The notes beneath the pieces are model-generated. The model had not been told where the DNA came from and made no database searches. It was given only the letters and a program-made list of their open reading frames with translations. The position numbers and the translations under genes are program-made. A DNA stretch of 64,000 bases from Adineta vaga (taxonomy: Eukaryota; Animalia; Rotifera): contig CP075493.1 in the NCBI GenBank assembly GCA_021613535.1, positions 13,578,001 to 13,642,000 on the forward strand. Direction: 5' to 3'. Below, piece by piece: positions 13,540 through 27,886 of the stretch (positions within the stretch are counted from its first letter, which is position 1; the number at the start of each line of letters is the position of its first letter).

Positions 13540-15116
13540 CATTTATGATGATGAACTGAATATTGAAGATATTTTTGATCGTATTGATTATTTAACTACA
13601 TCGATTCAAGAACAAATCGATATCTTCTTTTCCACTTGATGAACAAGCAAAACAAGATTTCTTTCTTTTTTTCTTCGTTTTATATCAAAAGAAAACGTCA
13701 AATTGATCGGTGAATTTGAAGAAAGTTATCAATCATCAAATGCTCTTCATTGGTATTTAAATCATTCATTTCTTCAAAAGATCATTTCTAAATCTTTACA
13801 CAATCAAATTGAACAAGTCGAAAATAAACGGTATGTTCGATTAACTTTAGTTAATGATGGAAAGATGATTATAAAGAAATATATTGATGATACGCGTCTA
13901 CAGATGGAAAATTTAAGTATTCGAATTCTTTTTGACAAATTAATGATTGATTCACAACAATGGGATCAATCATTGAAATATTTTCAATATTTAAAAAATG
14001 AAGTTCCATTGAATGAAGATTTATCATGGATTGAACATTCAATGGGTTGTAGTTTGTTTTATATCGTCAAGGAAAATATGAAGAAGCTCTCAATTATTTT
14101 CAACGAGCATTGAATATTCAACAAAAGCATTATCTGTCCGATCATATTGAAATTTCGTACAGTTTGTTGGATTGTATTGCAACTGTATTAGGAAAGAAGA
14201 AAAACTATGAGGATGCAATGAAATTGGATGAACAAAATATTTTTCATCAGGCCATTCTGCGATTATTGATACTTTGCTATCTATTGGCAATACTTTTTAT
14301 GATCAAGAAAAATATAATTAAGCTCTTGATTATTATCAACAAGCTTTACAAATGACAAAAATTGTTTTCCCCACTAATCAATTGAAAACTATTGGTCTTT
14401 TACGTAATATTGCCAATATTTTTCTTCGTAAAGAAAATTATAATCAAACACTTGATCTTCATTATGAAATCTTACGTATTATTGAGCAATTTTATCCAGC
14501 TGATCATATTGGTCAGAATTTTTATTTTTTAAAAAGATATGATGAAGCTCTTGAATTTTATAATCGTGCATTAATCATTCGAAAAAATCATTATCCAAAT
14601 GCTTATAAATTAATTATCACTACTTTTAAAGATTTAGGTTACATTTATTACCTTCAAAACAAATATGACGAATCAATTGAGCATTATTCTCAAGTGTTAA
14701 TTATATTGAAAGAATTTGAGCCAACTAATCATGATGAAATTGCTAACTATTTAGAGAAGGTATCAGAATGTTGGTTTCAAAATGAATTTTATGATCGATC
14801 AAGTGAATATATTAAACAAGCCTTAGAAATTAGAGAATCAAGTCTTCTTGAAGGATATTCATCTATAGTTAAGATTCTTGTGGGCCTGCGTACAGTTCAA
14901 GAGCGTCAACATCAATATGATTTAGCCCTAAACTATGCACTACAGTTGTATTCAATACTTGAACGAACCTTGTCACCAAATGATGTTCATATTGGCAAGA
15001 ATTTGTCATATATTGGTTTGTGCTATGCAAAATTGAATCAATTCAAAGTCGCCTTAGAATATAATCAACGAGCATTAAATGTTTGTGAGTATTTATTAAC
15101 AATAATTGAAGATTAA
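13540..15116 (+). pseudogene. Degraded ART-TPR (mono-ADP-ribosyltransferase + TPR) gene
   Basis: ALHWYLNHSFLQKII resembles the pre-ART helix of the 34.6-36.6 kb gene, but the ART core is absent. TPR repeats (YDEALEFYNRALIIR) are spread over three frames. Start is approximate. Confidence 0.7.
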
Positions 15117-15594
15117 ACCAACAAAAGAATCTAAACCTTTGCATTTTCCTGTAAAACATTTTTCAAATTGAAATATATGACTGACTTATTTCTTTTCTTA
15201 TTCTACAATATCGTTGAGAAAAAATAATCATAAAAATATTCTGATCCACATTAAACGTTTCATTGTGGAATTGTGATAAAATGGATGTTGTACCTCAAGA
15301 TTACCCTTATATTCCGATGGTCATTTTTTGCTATTTTATTCAATATTGATACTGGGTATTTTTCAGTATAAACTAATTTTTTTCTGCGTTGCCGATCTGA
15401 ATTATATCGGTTTACTAAAATATACGATTGCAATGTGGTCGTAGTATAAGCAATTTTCACTCATGAAATTGGATACATATTGTGATGTTTAATTTTTAGC
15501 ATTGTTTCTGTAGAATGGTTCAAATATTTCAGGTTCTACGAGCAATCAACTACACAAAATCCACCAAGAATTCATATTAGTGAAAAAACTACCC

Positions 15595-15760
15595 ATCGAG
15601 TGATGAAATGATCAACACCAAATGCAACTAACAGTATAGCCGTCGCAAGTCAAACGGATGTAGCAGGTAGAAGTAATTATCTGTTACGTTCACCTTTTGG
15701 AATTGCTCTCAATGAATCTGGTGGGTATCATCAAATGCTAATATGGTGGCAGTTGAAAAA
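15595..15760 (+). pseudogene. NHL-repeat remnant
   Basis: Translates as HRVMK*STPNATNSIAVA...LRSPFGIAL. Confidence 0.5.
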
Positions 15761-16488
15761 ATAGAAAAGGAACCGGTGATGATCAATTTAAATATTCATT
15801 AGTTCTCCGTATCTCGAAAGAAAAAGATGCACTCTATACAGTTGATGTACACTCCTCAAAAACAATTTAGCGATTGCATTAAGATTTAATATAACATTAT
15901 TATATGTATATTTAAAAAAAAAAAGAGAAATGATTTCAGGTTGTCAATATGTCAATCTGTCGTTGAATTAATTAGGTGTGCCTTGAATAAAACATATCAA
16001 ATGAGAAATATTGAAATTAATCCACAGACAATCAATAAACCAGAATAAAGTTCAATCAATATTGGGATTTCCTCTACAATCTCATAATTAACTTTATAAG
16101 AATAAATACAAACCCATACCATGTAAATAAGTTGACAATTTTAGACTAAGGTGAGATCTTCCTTCTGAAAGAAATAGTAAAGAAAAATTACAGATTTTCT
16201 TATAAGCACGCTATTTAATTAGAAGTTAACATTATCAACGTTATTTTACGGGGAAAAAACGTATAATTTCACATATTTACATTAGGATGGAAAGTTGTGA
16301 AATTATATGGGAGTGGGGTCCATCCCTACTCGGAGACCATGAGAGATAATACCTAGATTGTATGTGATCACTTTGGAGTATTTCATCATTTACATCCATA
16401 TATAGTTTTATCAAAAGACGTTGTTACTAGAAAAACTATAAAATGTACTTTATTCTTGTGTATTTCTACTTTTATTTTATTCGAATAA

Positions 16489-17352
16489 TCAATTTTGATG
16501 TTCTGGTACAATTCTTTTTTTCGGAAAAATAGCAATACGATTGCCAAGATCATTCAGAAATTGAAAACCGGATTTTTGATATAATTTCTTTGCAGATATT
16601 GCTCCACTACCTTCTTTAGCACATTTTAAACATAATGTACTATGATAATTTAGTTGTTGATCTGGAAGATTAGAAACAATTCCAACAAGATAATTGACAA
16701 TAATTCTTCCAAGTCCTTTGGATTGATGAGTACTATCAACAGCAATATCGGATAAGTATCCAAATATGTCATCCTTTGATTTTACTAAGAATAATCGTCC
16801 GAATGCACAAGGACAATTATTTATTTTATCTAAAACCATTGCATTATTCGTTGCTGAATTGATTCGATTGCACATTTCTTGAAAATCCCATTTTTTTGAC
16901 CAAAATGCTTCTCGATTCATTAATACGCGCACTTGTTCGGCATAACTAAATATCCGTTCTCGATCCGTTATTAATTCATATTGTTCTTGTCTATCTTGTA
17001 AATTATTTTCAGGATAATATTTCATATGATCCATAGTAACAGTCATAAAATCCGGTATGACATTACGATATTGCAATTTATCAAATGGAATTTGATTATC
17101 GAATGTTTTGGGAAAACGAATACATATCAGTGAATCATATAAACTCTCGATATAAGTAAAAACAGCAGAAAGAAATTGATCAATTTGTTGATAATTATCG
17201 GATGGTATTGTAATTTGATTGAAAATAATCAGTACAGTATGATCAGGAATATCCGCAGCAATATCTCCTTCAGCAATTAATATTGATTCTTGATCATCAT
17301 TTGTCTTTACTTGTATTTTGGTCCTATCTTCATTTAAACTGATAACAAACAT
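16489..17352 (-). CDS. GNAT-family N-acetyltransferase with N-terminal extension, bacterial-like, intronless
   Basis: AFW...CAFGRL...GYLSDIAVDSTHQSKGLGR (acetyl-CoA Q/R-x-x-G-x-G motif) and KKLYQKSGF. Confidence 0.8.
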   Translation of the reverse strand: MFVISLNEDRTKIQVKTNDDQESILIAEGDIAADIPDHTVLIIFNQITIPSDNYQQIDQFLSAVFTYIESLYDSLICIRFPKTFDNQIPFDKLQYRNVIPDFMTVTMDHMKYYPENNLQDRQEQYELITDRERIFSYAEQVRVLMNREAFWSKKWDFQEMCNRINSATNNAMVLDKINNCPCAFGRLFLVKSKDDIFGYLSDIAVDSTHQSKGLGRIIVNYLVGIVSNLPDQQLNYHSTLCLKCAKEGSGAISAKKLYQKSGFQFLNDLGNRIAIFPKKRIVPEHQN

Positions 17353-17959
17353 GCTTGGGTACTTATTTTGTTAAAGTGACGAAGGTCGAATGTTTTGTTT
17401 TATCTATCTTTTAAATTGTTTATTTCAGCAAACGACTTTTTCATGAGATCGTATTTCTAAAATGACTTTTGATATAATACATACAACTCATAAGAATTTA
17501 TTTATCATGTTTTTTTTCCATCTTATTCAAACAAAATATAATCAAACATTATTTTCAAGCTCATAGATGGCATTAGTAGATGGTGAATAAGACTATAGGT
17601 TTTGTCGTATATAACAAAAGATTTATAATCAAATCTAAAGTGTTCCATTGTTTGAGGCAAATCATATCATGAAAAACATATATTTTGTTATTTTTTTTTT
17701 TGTACTTTTCAGGTAAACATTCATGTCTTCGATTTTGTTCAATATGGAAAAAATAGTACGTGTACTTGTTTTCATATGACTGATGTTATTAATACTGCTT
17801 TTTTCTGGTTCAATTGTTCTCAGTTTGCACCATGTAATTCATCAAATAAATGTATGTAATCATTCTCCATCCTATGATTCTCTTGTATGTTAATTCGACT
17901 ATCATTTTATTCATCTATCTCAGTAACTATTTCTACTGAACAGCTAAGTAAGTTGAAAA

Positions 17960-18072
17960 TTGATCATCATGGTCAAATTTATATATCAGATTGTAGAAAT
18001 AATCGAGTGATGTGTTGGAGTGAGGACAAGCGAAAAGGTGAAATTCAAAATTTTGATTTGATTTATAAATAA
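17960..18072 (+). pseudogene. NHL-repeat remnant
   Basis: DHHGQIYISDCRNNRVMCWSEDKRKGE matches blade 5 of the NHL paralogs. Confidence 0.55.
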
Positions 18073-18510
18073 AAATCTAAACGTGAAACTATAAGAATTG
18101 ATCTGAAAAAGCTCAATATAATTCGTATAAAATGGATTTTTATGACCTTGGAAAAAAACCCATCAAATAACTTTCTCTATACCAATTTATATAGAACGAG
18201 CAGAAAAAGAGCACTTAAATATCAATAGTGTTCTTCCAATTCAAACAGAACAAACACGTTCTTTTCTGACAATTGCTAATCAAAGTTTTGAAACTTATCG
18301 ACTTCTTTTAAACTTTTTGCTTAAATATTCTCTTCATTTTAGTTATCAAGTTAAATATGTTTATAAAGCTTGTTTTCATGTGACAGATTATCATTCAACT
18401 GTTCAAAATTTATTAGCGAGAAAAAGATTCATAAGAATTTCATTCTCAGGATACGAATAAAACAAAACAAAAAATAGTTATTTATAAATCTACATTATCA
18501 TTACAAAGTT

Positions 18511-19620
18511 TCATTGTTGACATACTATACGTTCAGATTCGTAAATAGTATCAGCTAAGTGTATTGACATGGCTACAATGGTCAAAACAGGATTCCATGA
18601 TCCACCAGTTGGCCATAATGCGCCTCCAGTGATATAAACATTGTCTATACCATGGAGATGATAATCAAGTCCTACTGGTGCTTCAATGTCTTCATCATCA
18701 CCAATCGACATTGTTGAAGCATCATGAACAATCAAAGGTTTACGTATTTCGTCTGATAGAGGAATATCTTTTTCCCAAGTTTTATCAGTTTCATGCCAAT
18801 ATTGAAGATCATTATTGTCTGAATCGGATGAAATTTTGTTCATAACTGCAAATATTTTATTATCCATACAATCCCATAATGCTTTATCCTGTTCATTCAG
18901 GAGAACCTTTAACTGTCCGTTAGTAGTAAGGGATTGAGAATTATCGATCAAATCAAACTGTTTATTTGAATTCTTATAGTCCAGTTCTCCTAATGTTGAA
19001 CATGATACTACAATATAGCCCTTCAATGTATCGATACATTCTTTAAGTATTGAATTCGCTGAATATTTCTTGCAAATTTCATGAATATAGCTATCATTTG
19101 TATGTTGTGTATAATTTACTCCAGATAATTGAAGAGGATATTGCGCATCGCCTTTCATACCTTTAATATAAACTGCTTCCAACTCGACTTCAGACGCATT
19201 GACGGCTAATGATAGATGAGGCCGAAGTACGCGTACTATTACTGAACTGACAAAATGAGCTGTAAATCGCTTTCCAACATTTGAAAGAATTAAGTACGAG
19301 TGTCGTCGCAGGCAATGTACTCATTGCTAAGACCAGCTTACTATCATTGGGAAGTAAGATAATTCCTTGATTTGTTTGTAGTTCTGTCGCTCTTTGTCCA
19401 TTATGCAAAATTTGTTCCACTATGCAATCATGAATGATAATGACATTTTCCATAGATTCTAATGTTTCCACAGTGGAAAATTTGATCAATCTAAGAAAAT
19501 AAACATAGATTCTGTGAAAAGTTACAGAAAATTTCAAATCTAAACTTACTGATTGTTGCTCATAGCGAGAGGGGCATACATAACTTCATTAATTGATTCG
19601 ATGTTTGTAGCACTATCTAA
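18511..19620 (-). pseudogene. 5'-truncated GMC oxidoreductase
   Basis: C-terminal GMC motifs VHDASTM, NVYITGGALWPTGGSWNPVLTIVAM. Frameshift near 19285 (LNSF / NVGKRFTAHF). 59-nt intron at 19549-19491. No N-terminal GxGxxG present. Confidence 0.75.
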
Positions 19621-19646
19621 ACACTGCTTGGGGGGTGGGTGTGGGT

Positions 19647-19785
19647 GAGAATGCTTCCTATTCCGAAAAGTTACACATTCCGGAATTAATTTACCCAATA
19701 AAATGCCTATCATTCAATTCCGGAATTCCTCTTATTCAAATCCGGAACAGCTAGGATTTGGCAGGAATTCCTGCATTTCCTGCCT
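19647..19785. mobile_element. Solo terminal fragment of the TIR element family seen at 26529-27886
   Basis: GAGAATGCTTCCTATTCCGAAAAGTTACACATTCCGGAATT matches that element's terminal inverted repeat. Confidence 0.8.
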
Positions 19786-20399
19786 ATGTTTGTGTTATGG
19801 TCAATACAACCAGGACATCTATTTATCCTAAGTTAAAGTCTTTCGTGTTTTCCTTTCCTTTCTTGTTGATTGTTATATATGTTTCGTACAATAAAGATAA
19901 CAGTCATTTATGTTCTAACGGACTATATTCACTCACGTCTTTCTATCTCGATATAGCGAACATAACAGTACCAAAGAAAACAACCTTGATTCGAACAAGT
20001 ATTATGTATTAACAACGACGGGTTTTGTAATGGAAAAACGGTATTACAATAGTATAAAAACAACTCTATAAGTATCGATGAAAAAACGAAAAGATTGACT
20101 CCAGTTGGCAATAAAACAGAAGGTGGAAGATGAATCGTGTAAAAAGAGATTATGATATGTTCTTAATTCTCATCATTATCAATATAAATATTTCCTTTTG
20201 TTTAAAACAAATGAATATTCGCTGAGTTTCAAGTGTTTAATATACTTTAGTTTTTTTCTTTCGAGAACTTATGAAAAGAAGTGTTCCAACTGCAATGATC
20301 GATGCTAATATAGAAAATCATTACAAAAACTTACCCTTCCGGCCTTATTTTCTGTAGACTAATGTTACTTTTGTCAATTTTCGTGAGAATTAAATGTTG

Positions 20400-22700
20400 A
20401 ATAAAACAATGTATATGACGAGTTTATGATATTTAAAGTATTTCATTACATTTAATTAAGAAATAAACTTGTCTATAGTCTTATATCAATGAGATACTGA
20501 TAAGAAAATATATTCAAATGTATCTTTTAGTTCTAGGTAGAATTCAGTAAAACTGAAAACATTTCTAAAAGTTTTTATCAAAGTGAAGAATCTTTTCTTC
20601 ACATAAATCTGTAAATAATATGGATTCGAACCTTTATACACATGGCATTGATATGTCAAAATATGTATTTGAATGATATTCGGTAGTTGATCTCGTAAGA
20701 TCATTGACAATTTTATTTCTAAATATATTCTCCTATCATTTGTAATTGAATATCTTTCTATAGAATTCGATTATAATCAAGGTGAATGATTTCTTTTAGA
20801 ATTTATCGATATAATCAATACATCAAGAAAAAAGATCAAATCGTGTTCAACTCTATCCTTGTCTTCTTTCTTGCCACAGTGATCTGTCTGATCAAAATTG
20901 GTCATTCGATAAAAAGGATCTTTTTATTGTTGCTTTTGATGGTTCATACGAAGTGAATAATTATACGATGTTGGATGTTTTTATCTGAACATATTTTGAT
21001 ACAATCGAAGACTCTGTTGAAAAATATGAAATATGCTTAGAACTATTATTAAAACATGAAAATTATCTTTATTTCGATTTCCTTGTGAACCAAAAATAAT
21101 TGAGACACATTTGTAAATCAAAGTTGTTCATATTTATGGAATCAATGCCATTGAAATATAATCGAGTAAATTCATTCGTTTCAGATAAACTTTATGGAAA
21201 AACTTTCATCTAGACATACTTAATTGTTTTATGTCTTGTATTTATTGATTTTTGCGATGAAGATACACAATTATTATTTGATGTACTAAGATAGAATATA
21301 GTGAAGATTATCATTTCTTCTTATGAATTTCATTTATTTTGAAAAGATATTGATAATACTCGATCTTTTATCAAATAAGATTCAAAATCATATTGAAAAT
21401 TATTTGTATCATTTTATTTCGATATGAATCATTTTGACAATGAAAAGAAATTCATTATCTACTCGAATCTTCTAAAACAAAATACAAATCAATCAAAAAT
21501 TATTGAATTTATTCTATTTGATTTTTATTTAAATATTAATATTAATGAAATTGTTTATTGAAAAATCTTATTAATAGAATTTTTATGTCATTTATTTTAT
21601 TTCAATAAGGAAAATATTTATTTTCATACGTTTCTACATAATTCAATAAAGCGATTTCTTTCATTCATATAGATACGATTATTCACTGATACATTGTAAA
21701 ATAATTCTTAAAGATTAACTTTCTATTCCAATAAAAACAGATTCTCATTACATTTAGATCTTTAATACAATGATATCAATGATAAAGATACAAACTATTT
21801 AAGTGATGTCTGAAAAATTAACAGAATAAAATCAATTATTTTTTCGATAATAGTTTTATGAATATTATTCATCATTTAGACATTTAATCTTCAAAACAGT
21901 TATTTATATATCCTCGATATACGATTTAACATACGGTCAAATTGATCATTTAATGATTCCGAAATGAACTCTTTATCTTATGTGATATATTAACAATCAA
22001 TAAGGTACAAGAGAAGATTATAGATTAGATAAATATTTGAATAAATCAATACATAGATATTGTTGAACATCAATCAACAAACATAACATAATTATTGATA
22101 GTGTTATAGTCTTACTTTGATTTATCTTTTTTTAAAGAAACTAATAGTATAAGATGAAATATTTATTGATAATTTTATTTGATTGGATTTAGAAAGAAAT
22201 AATATCTTTCTCAGAAGTGGTACAACGTTTAACAAAAGTTCTACGTCGAATCACAATAAATAAACAATATTTCTTTTTCTATGGATTTGAATTTTAATCT
22301 ATTGTATAATCATATAGTTATTGAGTTAAATTTTTCAATGAAATGCTATTAGTAATGAGGAAATACAATATTTAATTAGTATAATTCAAACACTAATTGA
22401 ATTGAATCTGGAAGATAGTAGAATTGATAGGATAATTAGAAAATAATTAGTAAACACAGTACTACAAAATACAGGAAATTTATCTGAATTCTTTATATTC
22501 TTGAAATCTTCTGTAGAATTAAATTGTAATATGTATAGAAATGAATCATATTAAATCTATGAAAACAAACATTTCTAATGTTGAATTTGAAGAGTAACAA
22601 CATCATTGATGAAGAAGAACAATTTTCTATCAACGATTTTCAAATGAATTTTCATAAGAGACAAAAGAAAAATCTGCTATGTAATTGTTAATCATATGGA
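20400..22700 (+). pseudogene. Extremely AT-rich, heavily decayed coding remnants, possibly F-box/LRR
   Basis: Only short recognisable pieces remain, such as LIELNLEDSRID near 22390. No long ORF. Confidence 0.25.
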
Positions 22701-23475
22701 AATTATTTAGTGAAAATTCGTTATAAGATGAATTGATTTTCAGTGAAATTATAATGAATAAAAGAAATCAATAAAGAACACAAAGTATTGTTATTTAAAT
22801 AATGTTGTTATCCTTTCATTATCACAAATATTTTTAGCGAAAGTTATTTGAAACATTTCTTTTTCATCGAAAATTGAAAAGAGAAAATTATATAAAGAAT
22901 CTTAAGTAATGCATCCAACGTTTTAACTGAAAAATGGGCTTGTCAATATATAGAAATATTTAACGTATTCGAGAATTGATGAAAACAATTCCTGATAAAG
23001 ATTTAAATCATTCTGAACTTGATTGAAGTACAACACTTCATTCAATATCTTATCATGGAATTCGATTCGTTTCTTCCATTTCCATATAGAATGCCAGAGA
23101 ATCCTCATTTAGATCGAAAATACTTCTCGTTAATTGTGCTTTAATTCGAAACTATTTATTATAATTCAGAAACTCAAATTTAGTTCATTGATTTTCCAAT
23201 CGAAGAGAAAATTATTTTTTATTTCTTTTTCTTCCTTGTTCAAAACAAATTTTTATTTCATAATCGATCTTGTTGATTTATTTTATAAATATTCGAAACT
23301 TTTTCTTGAAAAGCTTATGATTTTACAAATCAATTTACAAACTATCTTCGTTTTTCAATCACTATTGATTTTTTCATCGCATTTCAAGTATTTTCCGTCA
23401 TGTTCACAGAAAATCCTTCGAACTCAAATCAGTGTTTGATCATTTTCAATCAAAATTCGATTCAAACAAACAATT

Positions 23476-25497
23476 TCAATGAATTTTATCAAATCGAACG
23501 ATTCGATTATTATCACAATCGGAAATATAAAGATTTTCTTCAAAATCAAATGATAAACCTTCAGGATATTTCAATTGATTTGATTCACTTCCTTCACCAT
23601 TTCCACCAACAACTATCTCCCCTTCTTCATCTCCTTCACACCATCGCATTATTCGATGATTCCCCCAATCTGCCACATAGATTTGATTCCATTCATCAAC
23701 AAACAATCCTTGAGGTTGATTCAATTGATTGAGACTGTTTCCTTCACCATTTCCTCCAGCCACAACAATTCCTTCATTCGCATCTTTTCTCCATTTCATC
23801 ACACGATGATTCTGTTCATCTGAAACATAAAGAGATTGCTCTTTATTAACAAAGATGAACAGAGGAGAGTTGAGTTGATTTGGTTGATTTCCTTTTCCAT
23901 TTCCACCTGCAACTAATGATCCTTCTTTGTTTTCACTCATGTTTTCTAACTTCCATTTTCTCACTTCATTCTTTTCCCAATCAGAAACATAAATAAATCC
24001 ATGTTGATCCATTGTTAAACCAAAACAAGAAATATTTTGAATGAGAATTTGTTGTTGTTGATCTCGTGACCATTGCATCACTCGTCTGTTCTCTCCATCA
24101 GCAATGATGATTGAATGATTTTTTTGATCAACAATCACATCTAATGGATTATTCAATTGATCTATTCTCTCTCCATGTCCATTTCCACCTGCAATGATTT
24201 GTCCTTGTTTTCCATCACATTTCCATTCAACAATACGATGATTCGCAAGATCAGCAATGAAAATGGTTTTGTTTTCATCAACAAAGATTCCTTGAGGATA
24301 GGAGAGTTGATTTAATTGCCTTCCATGTCCATTTCCTCCCGCAACAATTATTCCATTTTGTTGAAATTTCGTTTCTAAACAAAGAAAAAAATCAATAAAA
24401 AAACTAAAATCTTTTCATTTTTCTCACAATTTAAATAACTTTCCAATATTTTTGTTCATTTAGTGTTCTATAAAAGATTTGCATAACAATATGAATATGT
24501 AAGTGAACATTAACATATCTATTTTCTCTCTTTACTTAATTCTTCATTATCTTAAAAATGTCTAATTGAAGTAAAAGTCAGAAATGAAATGTTTATGATT
24601 GTAAATATGATAAAATAAAACAAAGAAGAAAAAGACATTTGATTATCTAAGAAACGAAATTGTGAAAAGAATGAAAGATTTATCTTAATTAAATTGATAA
24701 GGACAAATGTTAAAGGATTAGCAATTAGTTTTAAACATTGAATCAAACAAAAAAGACAAAATTAATCTTCTTAAAAAAGACGCTTCTCAGTTATTTATCT
24801 TCTATGATCACGCAGTATCGAAGTTTCTCTTAATCATTCGCATAAAGAACATAAAACTACATTGTATTAATTTCACTTGTCTTTTTGTTTTCTATTAGAA
24901 AATTGAAATCTTGAGACATGGGTTTAAAGTCAGTTTTTCATTTCAATCAAACAAGAATTCAAAACTTTCAGCTTACCCTTTCTTGAAATAACTGAAATTT
25001 CCTTAATAAATCCTTGACAATGTTCTCGGATTGAAATATTTGATGGATTATTTAGTTCTTCAGTCATTTGATTTAATTTTCTTTTTAAATCCTTCAAATC
25101 GATTTCGTTAAATTCATTTTCTCGTTGAATTTCTTTGATTTGTTCACTTACTTCACTTAACGTTTTTTAGATGTCTCTAAGAGATGTTTTCGAGTGTTCA
25201 ACAACACGTTGTCGACGTTTTTCCGCTGTTTGTTGAATAATTTGAATGGAATTTGTTTCCCATTGATTAATTCGTTTTATTAATGAATGATTTAGTGGAT
25301 TTTGTGTTTGATCGTTTATCGTATTTCTAAATTGATCATAATCATTGATGATAGAATTTAATTCTTCATTTAATGATTGTCGATGTTCATTGAAATCTGT
25401 TTGACAAAATTCTTTTGAACAACCTGTACACAGAGTTGTAATTTGTTTTATATTTCAAACATTTGAAACATTGTGTTGTGTTGTTTGCCATGGCCAT
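23476..25497 (-). CDS. B-box/CC-NHL copy 3; exons 25497-24977 and 24374-23476; +1 A near 25447
   Basis: Same two-exon, phase-1 structure as copy 1. A single extra base in an A run (TATAAAACAA) interrupts exon 1; the rest is open. Confidence 0.8.
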
Positions 25498-26528
25498 TTG
25501 TTTTGAATTGAAGCTGGTAAGAGAATGATATATCTATCGATGCATTTAAATATTCGAAGCAAATTTGACTCAAGGTAAACAAAAATATTTCGATTATGTT
25601 GGAAAAATTACCGACTGAACAGAGTTCATAATATAAAATCAAGCAAATTAAAATGGATTGATTAAATTTTTTGTCGAATAAACAAAGTTTTGAACATATT
25701 TGTCTTTTTGAACAAAAGAATAACTTTTTAAAGATATTGAATAGATGTCACTAATGTTATAATGTGTATAAAACAGCAGTAATCAGATTTCCTCTAAAAT
25801 AAATTTCAGAAACCTGGAGAAACAAATAGACTGCTCAGAAAGAATAAGCAACGTTAGAGAATCCGTCGAAATTTCTAAACCTATCCTTATCATACTATTC
25901 GACAGAACGAATACGACCAACAAAATAAACTTTCTGAATTTTCCTCGAAGAATACCAAAAATAATGTTTGTTTTTCGATGAGTGTCTAGTTTGTCTCTCT
26001 TTCCTCATAAATGTATAGTTATATACCTAATTATCACAATGATTAATTTCGGAATTCCGCACATCTTTCACTTTGATATATCAATTTCGTTTCATTTTAA
26101 TTGATTTTTATTCTTGTTCGAATCATCATCAAAGCTTTCACTGCTGAATTGATTATGTCTGGAAAACGTTATAAAACTTTATCCGGTTTTATAGCTAACG
26201 TATCACCACAGTTAAAGAAGGAAAGAAAGAACATAATTGAGGTGAAGGTATTGTCTTCAAACTGGAACAAACACTATGAAGAAAAGATGTTGTTTTTCTT
26301 TGAAAAAACAAAATTAACAAGTACTGTTTATGAAAATGTTCTTGAAGTATATAATGAAAAAAACAACAATTGGTGTTTCTGGGGTCTATCTGAAGATAAG
26401 GATGGCGAATTAAATTAAAATGAACAATGTGTTTTTTAGAGAAATGATATCTTTATGTCATTTGACTTACAATGAACTTTTAGAATTATTTATAAGCAGA
26501 ACGTATACACTACAAAATTATCATGAAG

Positions 26529-27886
26529 GAGCAGTCATCCTATTCCGAAAAGTTACACATTCCGGAATTGCTTAACTCACCAAAATGACTATGAATCAAT
26601 TCCGGAATTCCTGTCATCCCATTCCGGAATTTCTTATACTCGATTCCTACTGACGCAATCAAATTCCTAGCAACTACTGCCAATTCCGGAATTGCAAATT
26701 TATATGGTATACGCACATAACTATGCATTAGGAGTCCTGAAATATAAAAGTGGAATTCCGGAATTCGTGCACATCCGGATTTAGTAGGAAATGCAGGAAT
26801 TCCTGGTCATTCCTACACATTCCGGAATTGCAAATCTATACAGCATCACCACATAACCATGTGCTAGTAGCCATAAAACATAAAAGCGGAATTCCGGAAT
26901 TCGTGCACATCCGGATTTAGTAGGAAATGCAGGAATTCCTGGTCATTCCTACACATTCCGGAATTGCAAATCTATACAGCATCACCACATAACCATGTGC
27001 TAGTAGCCATAAAACATAAAAGCGGAATTCCGGAATTCGTGCACATCCGGATTTAGTAGGAAATGCAGGAATTCCTGGTCATTCCTACACATTCCGGAAT
27101 TGCAAATCTATACAGCATCACCACATAACCATGTGCTAGTAGCCATAAAACATAAAAGCGGAATTCCGGAATTCGTGCACATCCGGATTTAGTAGGAAAT
27201 GCAGGAATTCCTGGTCATTCCTACACATTCCGGAATTGCAAATCTATACAGCATCACCACATAACCATGTGCTAGTAGCCATAAAACATAAAAGCGGAAT
27301 TCCGGAATTCATGCACATCCGGAATAGGCAGGAATGTGCAGGAAATGCAGGAATTCCTGCCAAATCCCAGCTGTTCCGGATGTGCATGATTTCCGGAATT
27401 CCGCTTGGGAATTCGATCGATCGATGAGGATGGTCTTTAGTTAACTAACATTTATTAGCAATTCCGGAATAGGCAGGAAATGCAGGAATTCCTGCCAAGT
27501 CCCAGCTATTCCGGATGTGCACGAATTCCGGAATTCCGCTCGGGAATTCGATCGATCGATGAGGATGATCTTTTAGTCAACTAACATATCTTAGAGGTTC
27601 CGGAATTGGCAGGAAATGTAGGAATTCCTGTACATTCGGGAATTGCAAATTTATATGGTATAATCATATAACCATGCATTAGTAGCCATAAAACATAAAA
27701 GCGGAATTCCGGAATTCATGCACATCCGGAATAGGCAGGAATGTGCAGGAATTTGATAGCATTCGTAGAAATGGAACGCAAGGAGTTCCGGATTGAAATA
27801 AGAGGAATTCCGGAATTGAATTATGATTAGTTATGTAGGTTAAGCGATTCCGGAATGTGTAACTTTTGGGAATAGGAAGTATTCTC
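26529..27886. mobile_element. Non-autonomous DNA transposon (MULE/Foldback-like), 1358 bp
   Basis: Imperfect TIRs of about 150 bp beginning GAG...CCTATTCC(G/C)AAAAGTTACACATTCCGGAAT. Perfect 8-bp TSD TCATGAAG at 26521-26528 and 27887-27894. No transposase. Superfamily is inferred. Confidence 0.85.
26752..27310. repeat. Four essentially identical 136-bp tandem units inside the TIR element
   Basis: GAATTC(G/A)TGCACATCCGGA recurs at 26761, 26897, 27033, 27169 and 27305 (period 136). Confidence 0.95.

Noticed and set aside
9118-19620. NIS + GNAT + GMC as a siderophore biosynthetic cluster
   Set aside because: The genes are kilobases apart and separated by NHL and TPR genes. The GNAT is not recognisably IucB-type and the GMC is a truncated pseudogene.
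26101-26418. 105-aa ORF beside the TIR element
   Set aside because: No recognisable motif and no support for a gene model; it may be a fragment.
26752-27310. CRISPR-like array
   Set aside because: The units are identical along their whole 136 bp with no unique spacers, there are no cas genes, and the array lies inside a TIR/TSD element.
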